Below, one piece after another: positions 39,101 through 47,575 of a stretch of DNA of 64,000 bases. The DNA is taken from positions 3,568 to 67,567 of IMG/VR virus record IMGVR_UViG_3300044802_000046, one strand, 5' to 3'. The notes beneath the pieces were generated by a model. The model was not told where the DNA came from. It made no database searches and saw nothing but the letters and a program-made list of their open reading frames with translations. Source of the stretch: a virus. Position 1 is the stretch's first letter. Each line of letters starts with the position of its first letter. The translations under genes and the position numbers were made by a program.

Positions 39101-42100
39101 TAGTATATTCACCACTCGCTAATATTAAAGTATCTCCAGCTACAGCGTTGTTTACATAAGTTTGAATATCTCCATCTATAGGAACATATATTACATTACC
39201 ACCAATCCAGTCCGCTTCTTTATATAAAGATTTATTTACCCAAAAATTTCCATCATAATTAAGTCTTGTAGTATGAACCGGATCTGTAGTGCTGCTATCA
39301 AAACTACCGGAAACTTGAGAAGTAAATGGAGCGTATGCCGATCCTGTCCATTGCAACACATTATCAGATATAGCTACCCAACTTTCAGTCGTGCCATTTG
39401 TTGTTAAATAATTACCATTATGTCCTGTTTGGGATGGAAGTCCAGAATATTTAGAATCAAATATAATCCAGTCTCCAGAAGATAGGGCTCCATTAGTTGA
39501 TGACGAAGATAATCCAAGAGATAATATTTGTCCTGTAGCTATACTTAATCCATTTGCAGTTCCAATAGTTACTTCAGCATGGGTATTGACTAATGATCCA
39601 TTACTGTATATGGCTGTAGCATAAAAATAACCATCATAATTTACTCTATTTGTAGCTGTTGGATTAGTCGTACCTTTATAAAGCTTACCAGCACTGGACA
39701 CTCCTCCGGCTTCAGTTTTATCGGTATAAAACCTGTAATTTATATTTGTGGTATCAAACTTTGCAAAATCATCCGTAAATGGAGCGAATGGAATTGTTGT
39801 ATAAGTTCCGTTATCAGCTAAATATTGATTCCCTGATCCACTAGTAACTATTACTGAAGCCTTATTCCAAGTTGTTTTATTCCCGGCTGTTATGGATACA
39901 ACTGCTGCATAATCTGTAAAATCACCTTTCAAAGAATTGTACGTACCATCCATTAACTGAACTAACTTGACCGGAGAACCAGTATTAGCTACGCCATCTT
40001 GGAATGTAATATTATTTGAAGAATCGGCCATTATACTATTTACCGCAGATCTGAATAATACACGATGCGAAGTCGGGAATGTAAGATCGGCATTAAAAGT
40101 CAAAAGTCTATTTGAAAACTCACCGTATATTAATGGTGTACTAGTGTTTGTATTGTGAATGTATAATTTATCGTTACCAGTTTCATTGTCTCCGGCATTA
40201 GGTCCTAATAATAAGTTTCCATTTTTATATCTTAAATATGAACTATTAAAATATGTCGCCTCTATATTCCCATTAACTGTTAATGCTTCGTCAAGAGTTG
40301 ACGGAGAGTTTACCCCTACAAATCCTGCATAATAAATACCTCCAGACATACTAGTCCAGAAATTGGTGGCCCCACTTATCAAAGATGCTAATGTTACCGA
40401 TCCCGATACGGCATCCGTAAACACCATATTATTAGAAACATCCTTTGATATATAAGTAGTTAAATTTTCTACATAATGAGTTATAGAAACTATTTGATCT
40501 ACAGTAAGCCTCTTATTTACATTATCAAATAAGAAATTAGTGTCCCCGGAAGGAACTGTTCCATTTATATAAACAACCTGAGTGTCTAATCCGGCAGATA
40601 GAGTTATAGGCTTATACGTTCCATCATCAGCTAAAAATTGACTTCCAGTTCCAGTGTTAATAACACTTGCGGCTGGAGACGATGTTGATAATGCATTGGT
40701 AATGCCATATCCGGCTAATGTTGTTGGAGTGGATGTAATCGCACTCCAAGCCCATGTTTTTGCATCTACCTCAGTTTTTGTATATGCATTAGTTATTCCA
40801 TATCCAGATATGGTAGTAGGAGTAGAAGTTATGGCACTCCAAAGCCAAGTCTTATTATCAACCTCCGTCTTTGTGTAGGCATTTGTAATCCCATACCCAG
40901 CTATAGTCGTCGGAATTCCAGATGTTATTTTACTCCAAGGTAAGGCAGGAATATCAGATGCTGACAGATCTACACCTCCTGTGACTAATCCTTTTGAATC
41001 ATAAGATATTTTAGTGTGGGTAGCTCCGGTTATAGGAGAATTTCCAGCCATAGCATCCGTGATACCATAACCGGATATAGTAGTAGGGTGATTCGTTATA
41101 TTTCCCCAGTGAACCGAGGCTTGCCCTGAAGTCTGGAGATTAGTTTTAGTATATACATTTGCAGCTAATGCGTATCCAGCAACTGCGTGATTGCCCCATC
41201 CAAATGCAGTTTGCCAGTTAGTTATATTAGCCCCTGTAATGGCTGTAACTGAAGCGTAATCGTTAAAATCTGACTTAAGAGCATATCCTCCAGAACTAAA
41301 AGTGTGAAAATTACCATCCCCGCCTAAATAATCTGTGGCATTACCACTTAACGCAGTCAGCATGCCTCCGCTTGAGGTAGTAGCTAGGCTGAATGTTAAA
41401 ACTTGAGATGAATTTATACTTACGCCGTATGGCGGAGTTGCTATTGATACCGGTGGATGCGATGACCCTCCAGTATTATTTACAAATGGAATTATCTGGG
41501 CCGGGAATGTTATGGTTACGTAATCACTTAACTCTTTAACTATATCTACAGTTCTTAAATATGCGGTTAATAAGTCATTATAAAATAATGCTAAATCATA
41601 TTCTGAATAAGCTGTATTTATCTTTGTTAACGATATTTCTATCCTGTAAGCAAGTTCCTTGTTTGAAGCCCTGGCCTGATCGAAAAGTATCTTAAAGTTT
41701 TCTATGTATCCCCTAATAACATTCATGTCATTAAGGTATGCTGTTACGGTTTTAGTAGCGGTTAATGTTGCGTTTATTATTAAACCGTCACTCATCAAAT
41801 AAGTTAGTATGGTAGTAATCTGACTAGTCCATACCCCACTCCAAATATTAGGAACATAACTTATTGTCTGATTACTATTTGACACTACAGACAATGGACT
41901 ACCTACTGGAGGTGTAACTGTATGAATTCTTGATATACTAGCATACGATCCATATATACTACTATCGACAGAAGAAAATACAGAATTATACCCATCCGCT
42001 GTTTGGGTTATATCGATCGCCGGTATTATGAACGAATAAGTATACGTATGACTTGTTGTAGATATAGATCCGTCTACAGAATAAAGTACATGGTAATCTA

Positions 42101-42359
42101 CTGTATAAACACCTGCTAATACAAATCCCAGGGCATTTACGGGTAGATTAATATATCCTGAAGATAAACTTACACTTGGATTTACATCTGGAGCTAGATA
42201 ATTAGTATTATCATATATGACTCCTCTTGGAGATGTCATTTTAACGACACCTTTGACATTAGCTAACGAAACTCCCTGACCAGAATAGTTAGACGTATCT
42301 TGTATCTTAAATTTTCGCTGGACAACATCGAATACCGTACTAAAACTAAGCGTAATCAT
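36141..42359 (-). CDS. multi-module tail fibre/spike (2072 aa)
   Basis: N-terminal IQDTSNY anchor, PTT(I/L).GYGIT repeats, beta-helix region, N(T/V)A(V/I)G YadA-head-like repeats, C-terminal S.DG..W propeller. Confidence 0.88.
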   Translation of the reverse strand: MITLSFSTVFDVVQRKFKIQDTSNYSGQGVSLANVKGVVKMTSPRGVIYDNTNYLAPDVNPSVSLSSGYINLPVNALGFVLAGVYTVDYHVLYSVDGSISTTSHTYTYSFIIPAIDITQTADGYNSVFSSVDSSIYGSYASISRIHTVTPPVGSPLSVVSNSNQTISYVPNIWSGVWTSQITTILTYLMSDGLIINATLTATKTVTAYLNDMNVIRGYIENFKILFDQARASNKELAYRIEISLTKINTAYSEYDLALFYNDLLTAYLRTVDIVKELSDYVTITFPAQIIPFVNNTGGSSHPPVSIATPPYGVSINSSQVLTFSLATTSSGGMLTALSGNATDYLGGDGNFHTFSSGGYALKSDFNDYASVTAITGANITNWQTAFGWGNHAVAGYALAANVYTKTNLQTSGQASVHWGNITNHPTTISGYGITDAMAGNSPITGATHTKISYDSKGLVTGGVDLSASDIPALPWSKITSGIPTTIAGYGITNAYTKTEVDNKTWLWSAITSTPTTISGYGITNAYTKTEVDAKTWAWSAITSTPTTLAGYGITNALSTSSPAASVINTGTGSQFLADDGTYKPITLSAGLDTQVVYINGTVPSGDTNFLFDNVNKRLTVDQIVSITHYVENLTTYISKDVSNNMVFTDAVSGSVTLASLISGATNFWTSMSGGIYYAGFVGVNSPSTLDEALTVNGNIEATYFNSSYLRYKNGNLLLGPNAGDNETGNDKLYIHNTNTSTPLIYGEFSNRLLTFNADLTFPTSHRVLFRSAVNSIMADSSNNITFQDGVANTGSPVKLVQLMDGTYNSLKGDFTDYAAVVSITAGNKTTWNKASVIVTSGSGNQYLADNGTYTTIPFAPFTDDFAKFDTTNINYRFYTDKTEAGGVSSAGKLYKGTTNPTATNRVNYDGYFYATAIYSNGSLVNTHAEVTIGTANGLSIATGQILSLGLSSSSTNGALSSGDWIIFDSKYSGLPSQTGHNGNYLTTNGTTESWVAISDNVLQWTGSAYAPFTSQVSGSFDSSTTDPVHTTRLNYDGNFWVNKSLYKEADWIGGNVIYVPIDGDIQTYVNNAVAGDTLILASGEYTITSGITINKALNIVGQGNAGYYTIPSAAGHGTLIQSSSISGLVCFSIQSTNVRLAHLSINLTGGDSTGVTTSNNLDGIVLTNVDVIVNCSGLAQGIMLYGSNAVLRNITFYVISADSDAIGLYFYNNTLTTGPSVCDCFSVTGIVQSGTGGDNGWCFYADNSNCAQTLTLNLSTSVCKALPGGATTNIAVASTSSVTNNSIVNAYFCTLEGADYDAYQTGTNQLNVGGSVLVNDLIFGTITYRARMTANNLTTSVLKTSGSTQNDGYFYTGTVVPIHTTRLNYDGDLYVKDLYSSGFVDVNTNGDAISINTFKASGLTGNNLFIGNGGTSASGTGSQGSYNLGIGTGSLLSITTGHDNVAIGYQALYSATTTFYSTAVGVGALKSLTTFSYSTAVGYHAAYNVSTGGSTVAIGYEALLTNVSGSYNTAVGTWALRATTNGNNTAIGYSAMLVSDGSNNVSIGSNSMLAHTSGSSNVAVGFQALKGLITGSASVAIGNNALLVSTAGGNTAIGSQSLTANTTGTDNVGVGVLSLFSNTTGAGNLGIGTNALHDNITSGSNVALGINSLYSITGNDNVAIGYNSGRWITGGSVANITSTTSVYIGSSTKALADGGVNEIVIGYNAVGNGSNSVTLGTSTIVKSILYGNVGIGVVPGTGSEKLEVAGNIISKGIAWTSRTGAVDNDWRSIVYGNGLFVAVSSSGTGNRVMTSPDGINWTSRTSSADNNWESVAYGNGIFVAVSDSGTGNRVMTSPDGINWAYRTSAVDNNWNSVAYGGGIFVAVSSSGTGNRVMTSSDGVNWVSRTSAADNGWLSVTYGNGLFVAVSQDGTGNRVMSSPDGITWTSRTSAADNIWNSVAYGNGLFVAVSSSGTGNRVMTSPNGITWTSRTNSVDNNWASITYGNRLFVAVSHTGTGDRVMTSPDGINWTSRTSAADNNWPSVAYGNGLFVAVSITGTGNRVMTSGKQDLIVNPDIYINSQNILQNQIFS
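36215..37086 (-). repeat. seven 42-aa (126-bp) Asp-box/BNR-like propeller repeats
   Basis: WTSRTSAADNNW.SVAYGNGLFVAVS.SGTGNRVMTSPDGIN consensus. Confidence 0.95.
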
Positions 42360-42374
42360 TCATTTTCGTTTTTA

Positions 42375-42382
42375 CAAATTTA
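42375..42382 (-). promoter_or_regulatory. -7 promoter element TAAATTTG
   Basis: Intergenic, before tail-fibre ATG 42359. Confidence 0.55.
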
Positions 42383-42412
42383 CATAATTTTAAATTATGA
42401 TTTATATCATAT

Positions 42413-42442
42413 AAAAAATCCCCGATATTTACACACCGGGGA
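42413..42442 (-). terminator. intrinsic terminator
   Basis: TCCCCG/CGGGGA stem followed by T6 on the minus strand. Confidence 0.6.
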
Positions 42443-42468
42443 CTAAAACCAACTAAGCCGAGAAACTA

Positions 42469-43503
42469 TTAAACTGCCGTTTCTTTCGAAGCATCTAAGG
42501 CTACAAGAGCTTCTATGATGTCTTCCTGTTTCATGCCATAAGTGTTTATTTCACGATCCTTGGCCATCTTTTTAAGATCTGACCATCCAAGGCTTGCGTA
42601 TTTTCCTTGTGGACCTGCGTATATAACTTGCTTTATAGTTTCAAATAATTGCGCGTTGTTACGGATTGCATCAAACAATAAATTATCTTTTTGCGACAAA
42701 CTTACTACCGGTACAAAAACTATTGGCTGAACAAAGTCCTTGGTTGTAGAGTCTAAGAAATACCATCCCTTATCTTTATTGTTCCATCCAATAACCTGTC
42801 TGTCTTTAGCCAATTGAACTAAAGACCTGTATTCCGAGAATACATCTTCCCCGTTTACTTCGGCCACAAACTCGTCAATTCCGCGCCTGGTTACGCTGTA
42901 ATTTTTATGTGATTCATAAATACGATCAAGGAGATTTTTTCTTAGAGTATCGATATGCAGAAGATCTGAGTTTGAAATACCCCAAGAAGCTGCGAGCTGT
43001 TTCAATTTCTTGTGGTCATCATAAATAGGACTCAATTTGCTGCATAGGTAAAAATCAAGCGCTGCATTTTCGCCAAGTTTCTCAACCGCCTCAGTGTTTT
43101 TCTTGTCAAGATCTTCGACTTCATAAAGTCCTGTTTTTAGAATACCGCTTAAGTTAATAACAAAATAAGCAAGGTCGGTCTGTTTCACAGGATCTAATAC
43201 TAAGTCTCCCTTTTGAATAAAAATAGACCTTTCAGAAAAATCAAGTTTGCCATCTTTTAATTTCGGAGTACTCTTAGCGTACATCCATGTTTCAGATTCG
43301 CCATTTTTATTTGGCATTGTAGCTTGCAAAGGCCACATATGGGAAGGTATGGGCTCTGGGATTCCGGTTTTATTTATATCAATTTTAGAAGTTGACCTGA
43401 TACGTATTGGATTTTTCATCCTCCTTATTTTTGCAAATTCAGGTTCCAGATGCTTCCAACCATCATCTTTTAATCTGACTAATTCTTCATTACAATACAG
43501 CAT
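42469..43503 (-). CDS. conserved protein downstream of the capsid gene with C-terminal HeH/Rho-N-like domain
   Basis: WSDLKKMAKDREINTYGMKQEDIIEAL; synteny. Confidence 0.65.
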   Translation of the reverse strand: MLYCNEELVRLKDDGWKHLEPEFAKIRRMKNPIRIRSTSKIDINKTGIPEPIPSHMWPLQATMPNKNGESETWMYAKSTPKLKDGKLDFSERSIFIQKGDLVLDPVKQTDLAYFVINLSGILKTGLYEVEDLDKKNTEAVEKLGENAALDFYLCSKLSPIYDDHKKLKQLAASWGISNSDLLHIDTLRKNLLDRIYESHKNYSVTRRGIDEFVAEVNGEDVFSEYRSLVQLAKDRQVIGWNNKDKGWYFLDSTTKDFVQPIVFVPVVSLSQKDNLLFDAIRNNAQLFETIKQVIYAGPQGKYASLGWSDLKKMAKDREINTYGMKQEDIIEALVALDASKETAV

Positions 43504-43527
43504 ATTTATAGTTTTATAGTTTCACCG

Positions 43528-43557
43528 AAAAAAGGGAGAGTAAATACCCTCCCTTTT
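43528..43557 (-). terminator. intrinsic terminator after the capsid gene
   Basis: AAAAGGGAG/CTCCCTTTT stem with T-tracts on both strands. Confidence 0.8.
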
Positions 43558-43569
43558 GATTTTATTTTC

Positions 43570-45030
43570 TTATAATTTATTTACCAAAACCATTTTCTGA
43601 ACACTCGTTGGTACGAACATATATTCAGATAACATCATCCCTTTTACGGTATCGGTTGATTGTACGATAGGAAGATTCTGACCAGTCATACCATTTAAAT
43701 ATCCAACAACCCTTGCGCGACTTTCGCCGTTATGATTTGGATACCCAATCATCAAACTTGAGATCTTAACTTTTTTATCCACGTTTGGTCCGCCGCCTTC
43801 GATAGTTACAGGATTTTCACCCATAGGAACGATAAAACCCCCTGAACGATAACGATCACCGTAAGCGGCCAGGCCCATGCCGGCGGGGTTACTAAAATTA
43901 CCAATTTCTTTTAAGATATAACGGAAATTAAGCTTTTCGAATATCTTAAAGCTAAGACCTACCTCATCAAGTCTTTTCATTACATCGGTAGCCGATGAAT
44001 TTTCTTTGATAAAATTATATCCAGAATTTTCAAGGTTGGCGTACAGTAAATCACCCATCGCAAACAACATTTCTTGAGCAGAAACACCGACGGAAATCAT
44101 AAGAGTTTTAATATCATCAAAATCATTAACCTCAAACTTATCTGCATAAGTCTTTTTAAGGGCAAGCTTCTGAAGCCACTGTAAGAATCCGCGCTGAGCT
44201 TTAATTGGGACACTATTGCCAAAAGCATCATTCATAACAAATGAAGTATTGTCAGCTTCCTGGCCCATCCAAATGTTATAATTAATCTTCCGGTTATGTT
44301 CAAATTCCTGCTGAACAGATGCGGCGTTAAAACGTCCAACTCCCATTCCACCTTTTAATGGAACGTCATCAAGATAATTTTCTTGATAAAGAAGACCACC
44401 GGCCATGTCAAAAGTAGACTTTGAAAGCATGGTGTAAAACGCACGTTGAAACGATCCATTAGTCTTACCTTTTGGCTGATCAGTACCCAGAGCCCATGAA
44501 TCACCAGCAACCATAAGTTTGGTTCCAGCAGGAACAATAGTTGTTATCCTGGCAGCAGTAAAATTAGTACCCGCTTTATTATGAGGGGTGGCAGTATAAA
44601 TTTTATTAGCTGCAACGCCAGTATCTTCACTCATGAGTCGATATAAATAATCCTGCGAAGGATCAGTTGTATATAAACCTGGAATTAAGAAACTTTCTCC
44701 AATATTTATCGGGCCGTTACCTTGAGCGTCGTAATCTCCAGCGTCAAGTTTAAAGGTAATGTCGGCGCCAATAGCACCTGTTGCGATGCCTCCATTACCA
44801 ATGGTAATTGGACGTTCGTAAGCGTACTGTTCAAAAATATTTAACGTGTCGCCCTTAATATCGATGGTTTCTCCCATCAAATCAATAAAATCGAAAACGT
44901 CAAATAAATGACCGTACTGTTTATATATTTTCTTCCACACCTGTGGGACTTTTTCGAATGCATAAAGCGATTGCCAAAGGTTCGTCCATTGACCTCTCGC
45001 TGCAAAACTTGTAGGAACTTGTAAAGCCAT
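43570..45030 (-). CDS. major capsid protein (HK97 fold, Crassvirales-like)
   Basis: 486 aa; portal-scaffold-MCP synteny; strong downstream terminator; LSE...V....K C-terminus. Confidence 0.8.
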   Translation of the reverse strand: MALQVPTSFAARGQWTNLWQSLYAFEKVPQVWKKIYKQYGHLFDVFDFIDLMGETIDIKGDTLNIFEQYAYERPITIGNGGIATGAIGADITFKLDAGDYDAQGNGPINIGESFLIPGLYTTDPSQDYLYRLMSEDTGVAANKIYTATPHNKAGTNFTAARITTIVPAGTKLMVAGDSWALGTDQPKGKTNGSFQRAFYTMLSKSTFDMAGGLLYQENYLDDVPLKGGMGVGRFNAASVQQEFEHNRKINYNIWMGQEADNTSFVMNDAFGNSVPIKAQRGFLQWLQKLALKKTYADKFEVNDFDDIKTLMISVGVSAQEMLFAMGDLLYANLENSGYNFIKENSSATDVMKRLDEVGLSFKIFEKLNFRYILKEIGNFSNPAGMGLAAYGDRYRSGGFIVPMGENPVTIEGGGPNVDKKVKISSLMIGYPNHNGESRARVVGYLNGMTGQNLPIVQSTDTVKGMMLSEYMFVPTSVQKMVLVNKL

Positions 45031-45048
45031 AATTAAATTTTTTAAAAA

Positions 45049-46242
45049 TTACATTATTGAATCGAGTTTAGCGGACATCTTATCCCAAATATTACCTTCC
45101 TGAGATTTTGGTTTAGTTTTTTCAGACAATGGAGCATCGTTATTGACCTTTGCATGCCACTCATCATTTAACTTAGTCGCAACCTGCGTAGCATGACTCT
45201 TCATTATCTTAGGAAGCTCCCTTGCTATGTATCTGCCTTTAATTCCTTCCAGCACATCAGTAATAGTATTCTCATTAATGGGCTGCCCGGTATAGGCTAA
45301 AAAATCAACATACTTAGAAACTTCGGATTTAAAAGAATCGCTTACTTCAGGAATGTACTTGTACAACTCCTTACCATCTTCATCTGGAATAATCAATTCG
45401 GTAAAATTAGCTACCATTTTATCGACAATAGGCGACCATGCTTGTTTAGATTGTTCAATGCGTGAAGTTTCTTTTGAAAGAATACTCTGTCTTTCTTTTT
45501 CGACATCAATCGTAAGAGGCAACTCAACATCTTGCAAAGCCTTAAACTCGATCCGAGCTTCTTTGCCAGCTTTTGCAATCTTTGCTTTCGTTACATTATC
45601 CCACGATTCAGGATCGTTAAGATCTACACTACCAAACCTATCGGCTACAACTTCCCTAACGTCGGAATCATCCATTCCTTTATATACATCAGGATCATTT
45701 AGTCGTGCCTGTTTTACTAACAAATCAACGGTATCTGCCTGGTCAAGATTAATATTACTAATTGCAGTCATTATAGAAATATCTTTATCTGGATATTTCT
45801 TACGCATCTCGCTAATTTTCAATAAATCCTCGCCGACATATTTTCGTAAATCAACATATTTTAAAGATTCTTTTTCAGAATCATACTTGGTCTGCAACTC
45901 TTCGAATTGCTTTTTAGTAAGGCCGTGTTCTGATTCCAAATTTTTTACCTTATTTTCATACTCCGTTATTTTGGTTGGAGCTGAAAATAATTCTTGAAGC
46001 TCTTTTTCTTCCTTAATCTCTCTACCGAATTTCTTACCGTATTTAGTGTTAAATTCAGAAGGATCAAAAATCTCACTAGCAGTTTTAGAAGGATCGGGAA
46101 TAACAGGAGCAGGAGGATCGGTAGTAGTAACGGTATTAGTATTGGCACTATCATTAGTACCAATACTACCGGGTATTGTAGTATCGGTTTTATCATCTTT
46201 CTGAGGATATGCTTCCTTAAAAGCTTTAACAATCTCGTCCAT
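45049..46242 (-). CDS. capsid scaffolding protein
   Basis: Acidic, coiled-coil, low-complexity N-terminus; directly upstream of MCP. Confidence 0.7.
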   Translation of the reverse strand: MDEIVKAFKEAYPQKDDKTDTTIPGSIGTNDSANTNTVTTTDPPAPVIPDPSKTASEIFDPSEFNTKYGKKFGREIKEEKELQELFSAPTKITEYENKVKNLESEHGLTKKQFEELQTKYDSEKESLKYVDLRKYVGEDLLKISEMRKKYPDKDISIMTAISNINLDQADTVDLLVKQARLNDPDVYKGMDDSDVREVVADRFGSVDLNDPESWDNVTKAKIAKAGKEARIEFKALQDVELPLTIDVEKERQSILSKETSRIEQSKQAWSPIVDKMVANFTELIIPDEDGKELYKYIPEVSDSFKSEVSKYVDFLAYTGQPINENTITDVLEGIKGRYIARELPKIMKSHATQVATKLNDEWHAKVNNDAPLSEKTKPKSQEGNIWDKMSAKLDSIM

Positions 46243-46265
46243 AAATTTTACTTAGTTTCTCGACA

Positions 46266-46273
46266 CAAAGTTA
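46266..46273 (-). promoter_or_regulatory. -7 promoter element TAACTTTG (scaffold-MCP)
   Basis: Intergenic TAnnTTTG. Confidence 0.55.
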
Positions 46274-46314
46274 ACATATATTTTTTTATGATTTTTATCA
46301 TATATTTTTAATAA

Positions 46315-46605
46315 TTATCTACCGGCTATATATCTTCCTGGAGCTTTGCTATTGGAAAATAAATTGTCGCCCTTGTAAACTTCGTATTGTTTAATTATAA
46401 CCTCCTCATCTATTTGTATTAATGATGATGCCTCATAATCTATCTCCCCAAACTTGGCAATAACCTCTCTGACATGAGATAATCTTTCCTCACCTTCTCT
46501 TAAATATTTATAAATAAATCTTGAGTCTGTAACATAATTATCATCAAGTTTAATATAATATTTAAATTCTTGGCCTAGTTTAATTCTGGCTAATGATATG
46601 ATCAT
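46315..46605 (-). CDS. hypothetical protein
   Basis: 96-aa ORF in operon. Confidence 0.6.
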   Translation of the reverse strand: MIISLARIKLGQEFKYYIKLDDNYVTDSRFIYKYLREGEERLSHVREVIAKFGEIDYEASSLIQIDEEVIIKQYEVYKGDNLFSNSKAPGRYIAGR

Positions 46606-46606
46606 T

Positions 46607-47575
46607 TTATTTATTTTTTAAAACCGACATTTTCTGTTCTGCAATCTTTTTATTTTCACCTTCAAGTGTGCTTGGATCTAATTCTTCCACATATTTATTC
46701 TTTATATGTTGAGGAAGATTGTTAAACTGCTTCATGGTTTTATAACTACTTTCGTCTATTGGCTCCCGCGTACCATCATCGTATACTTTATAAAAATTCC
46801 AGCCTGGATCTTTGAATATTACACCTTCGTCTGTTTTTTTAGTTATCGAAGGGTCATATCCGGAAATAACTTTAGATAATCTTCGGACATAAGTCTGAGG
46901 AGTTGTTTTGGATGGATCTTCTGGGTTTATATTGCTATACATAGTATACCCCGTATATTTATCTTCAGATTCTGGATTATAATTTTCAACTCTTTTAAAT
47001 GTACTTGTGTCTTTATATTGCTTATTTGTCTCTGCTGGTTCTATAGTTAATGTGGATGATGCTGGATTGAAAGCTACCGAATGTCTCGCGCCGGCCTTCC
47101 ACGTCTCTGGCTTATTTGGATCGTCACCTTCTCCGATTAACTGAAGATCCTTTCCATACTTACCTCTTAATCCTACGTATTTATCCCAATCTTCACCAAG
47201 AACTTTTTTCTGCTCATCGGGAGACAGGTAAAAGTCTGGGTTCTTTTCCGCAAATTTTTCAGCGCCAGTGACCCTCGTTTTAGGAGATAATGGCTTTGAC
47301 TCGTCCCATCCGTATTTAGACATTAAATCCTTATACAACTTTGGATTCTTCTTTTCAAGCTCGCTATTTAATTTCTGTCCAAAATTATATAACTCAGACT
47401 TGTCCCTTAAATAGCCCTCATTCCTATCTACAAAATTATTATAATCCTCAAATTTAGGGTTCTCAGATATTTTACTTTCCGGAACAGGATTACTTTGAAA
47501 AAAAGGCTCGTACTCTGGATGATCTTTTACAAATTTATCAATCTGAGGATCTTTATGTTTTTTATTGTCCGGCAT
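46607..47575 (-). CDS. hypothetical protein
   Basis: 322-aa hydrophilic ORF overlapping the portal end. Confidence 0.75.
   Translation of the reverse strand: MPDNKKHKDPQIDKFVKDHPEYEPFFQSNPVPESKISENPKFEDYNNFVDRNEGYLRDKSELYNFGQKLNSELEKKNPKLYKDLMSKYGWDESKPLSPKTRVTGAEKFAEKNPDFYLSPDEQKKVLGEDWDKYVGLRGKYGKDLQLIGEGDDPNKPETWKAGARHSVAFNPASSTLTIEPAETNKQYKDTSTFKRVENYNPESEDKYTGYTMYSNINPEDPSKTTPQTYVRRLSKVISGYDPSITKKTDEGVIFKDPGWNFYKVYDDGTREPIDESSYKTMKQFNNLPQHIKNKYVEELDPSTLEGENKKIAEQKMSVLKNK

Noticed and set aside
34286-42359. Diversity-generating retroelement targeting tail genes
   Set aside because: No reverse transcriptase and no non-coding template repeat seen; repeat differences are not adenine-specific.
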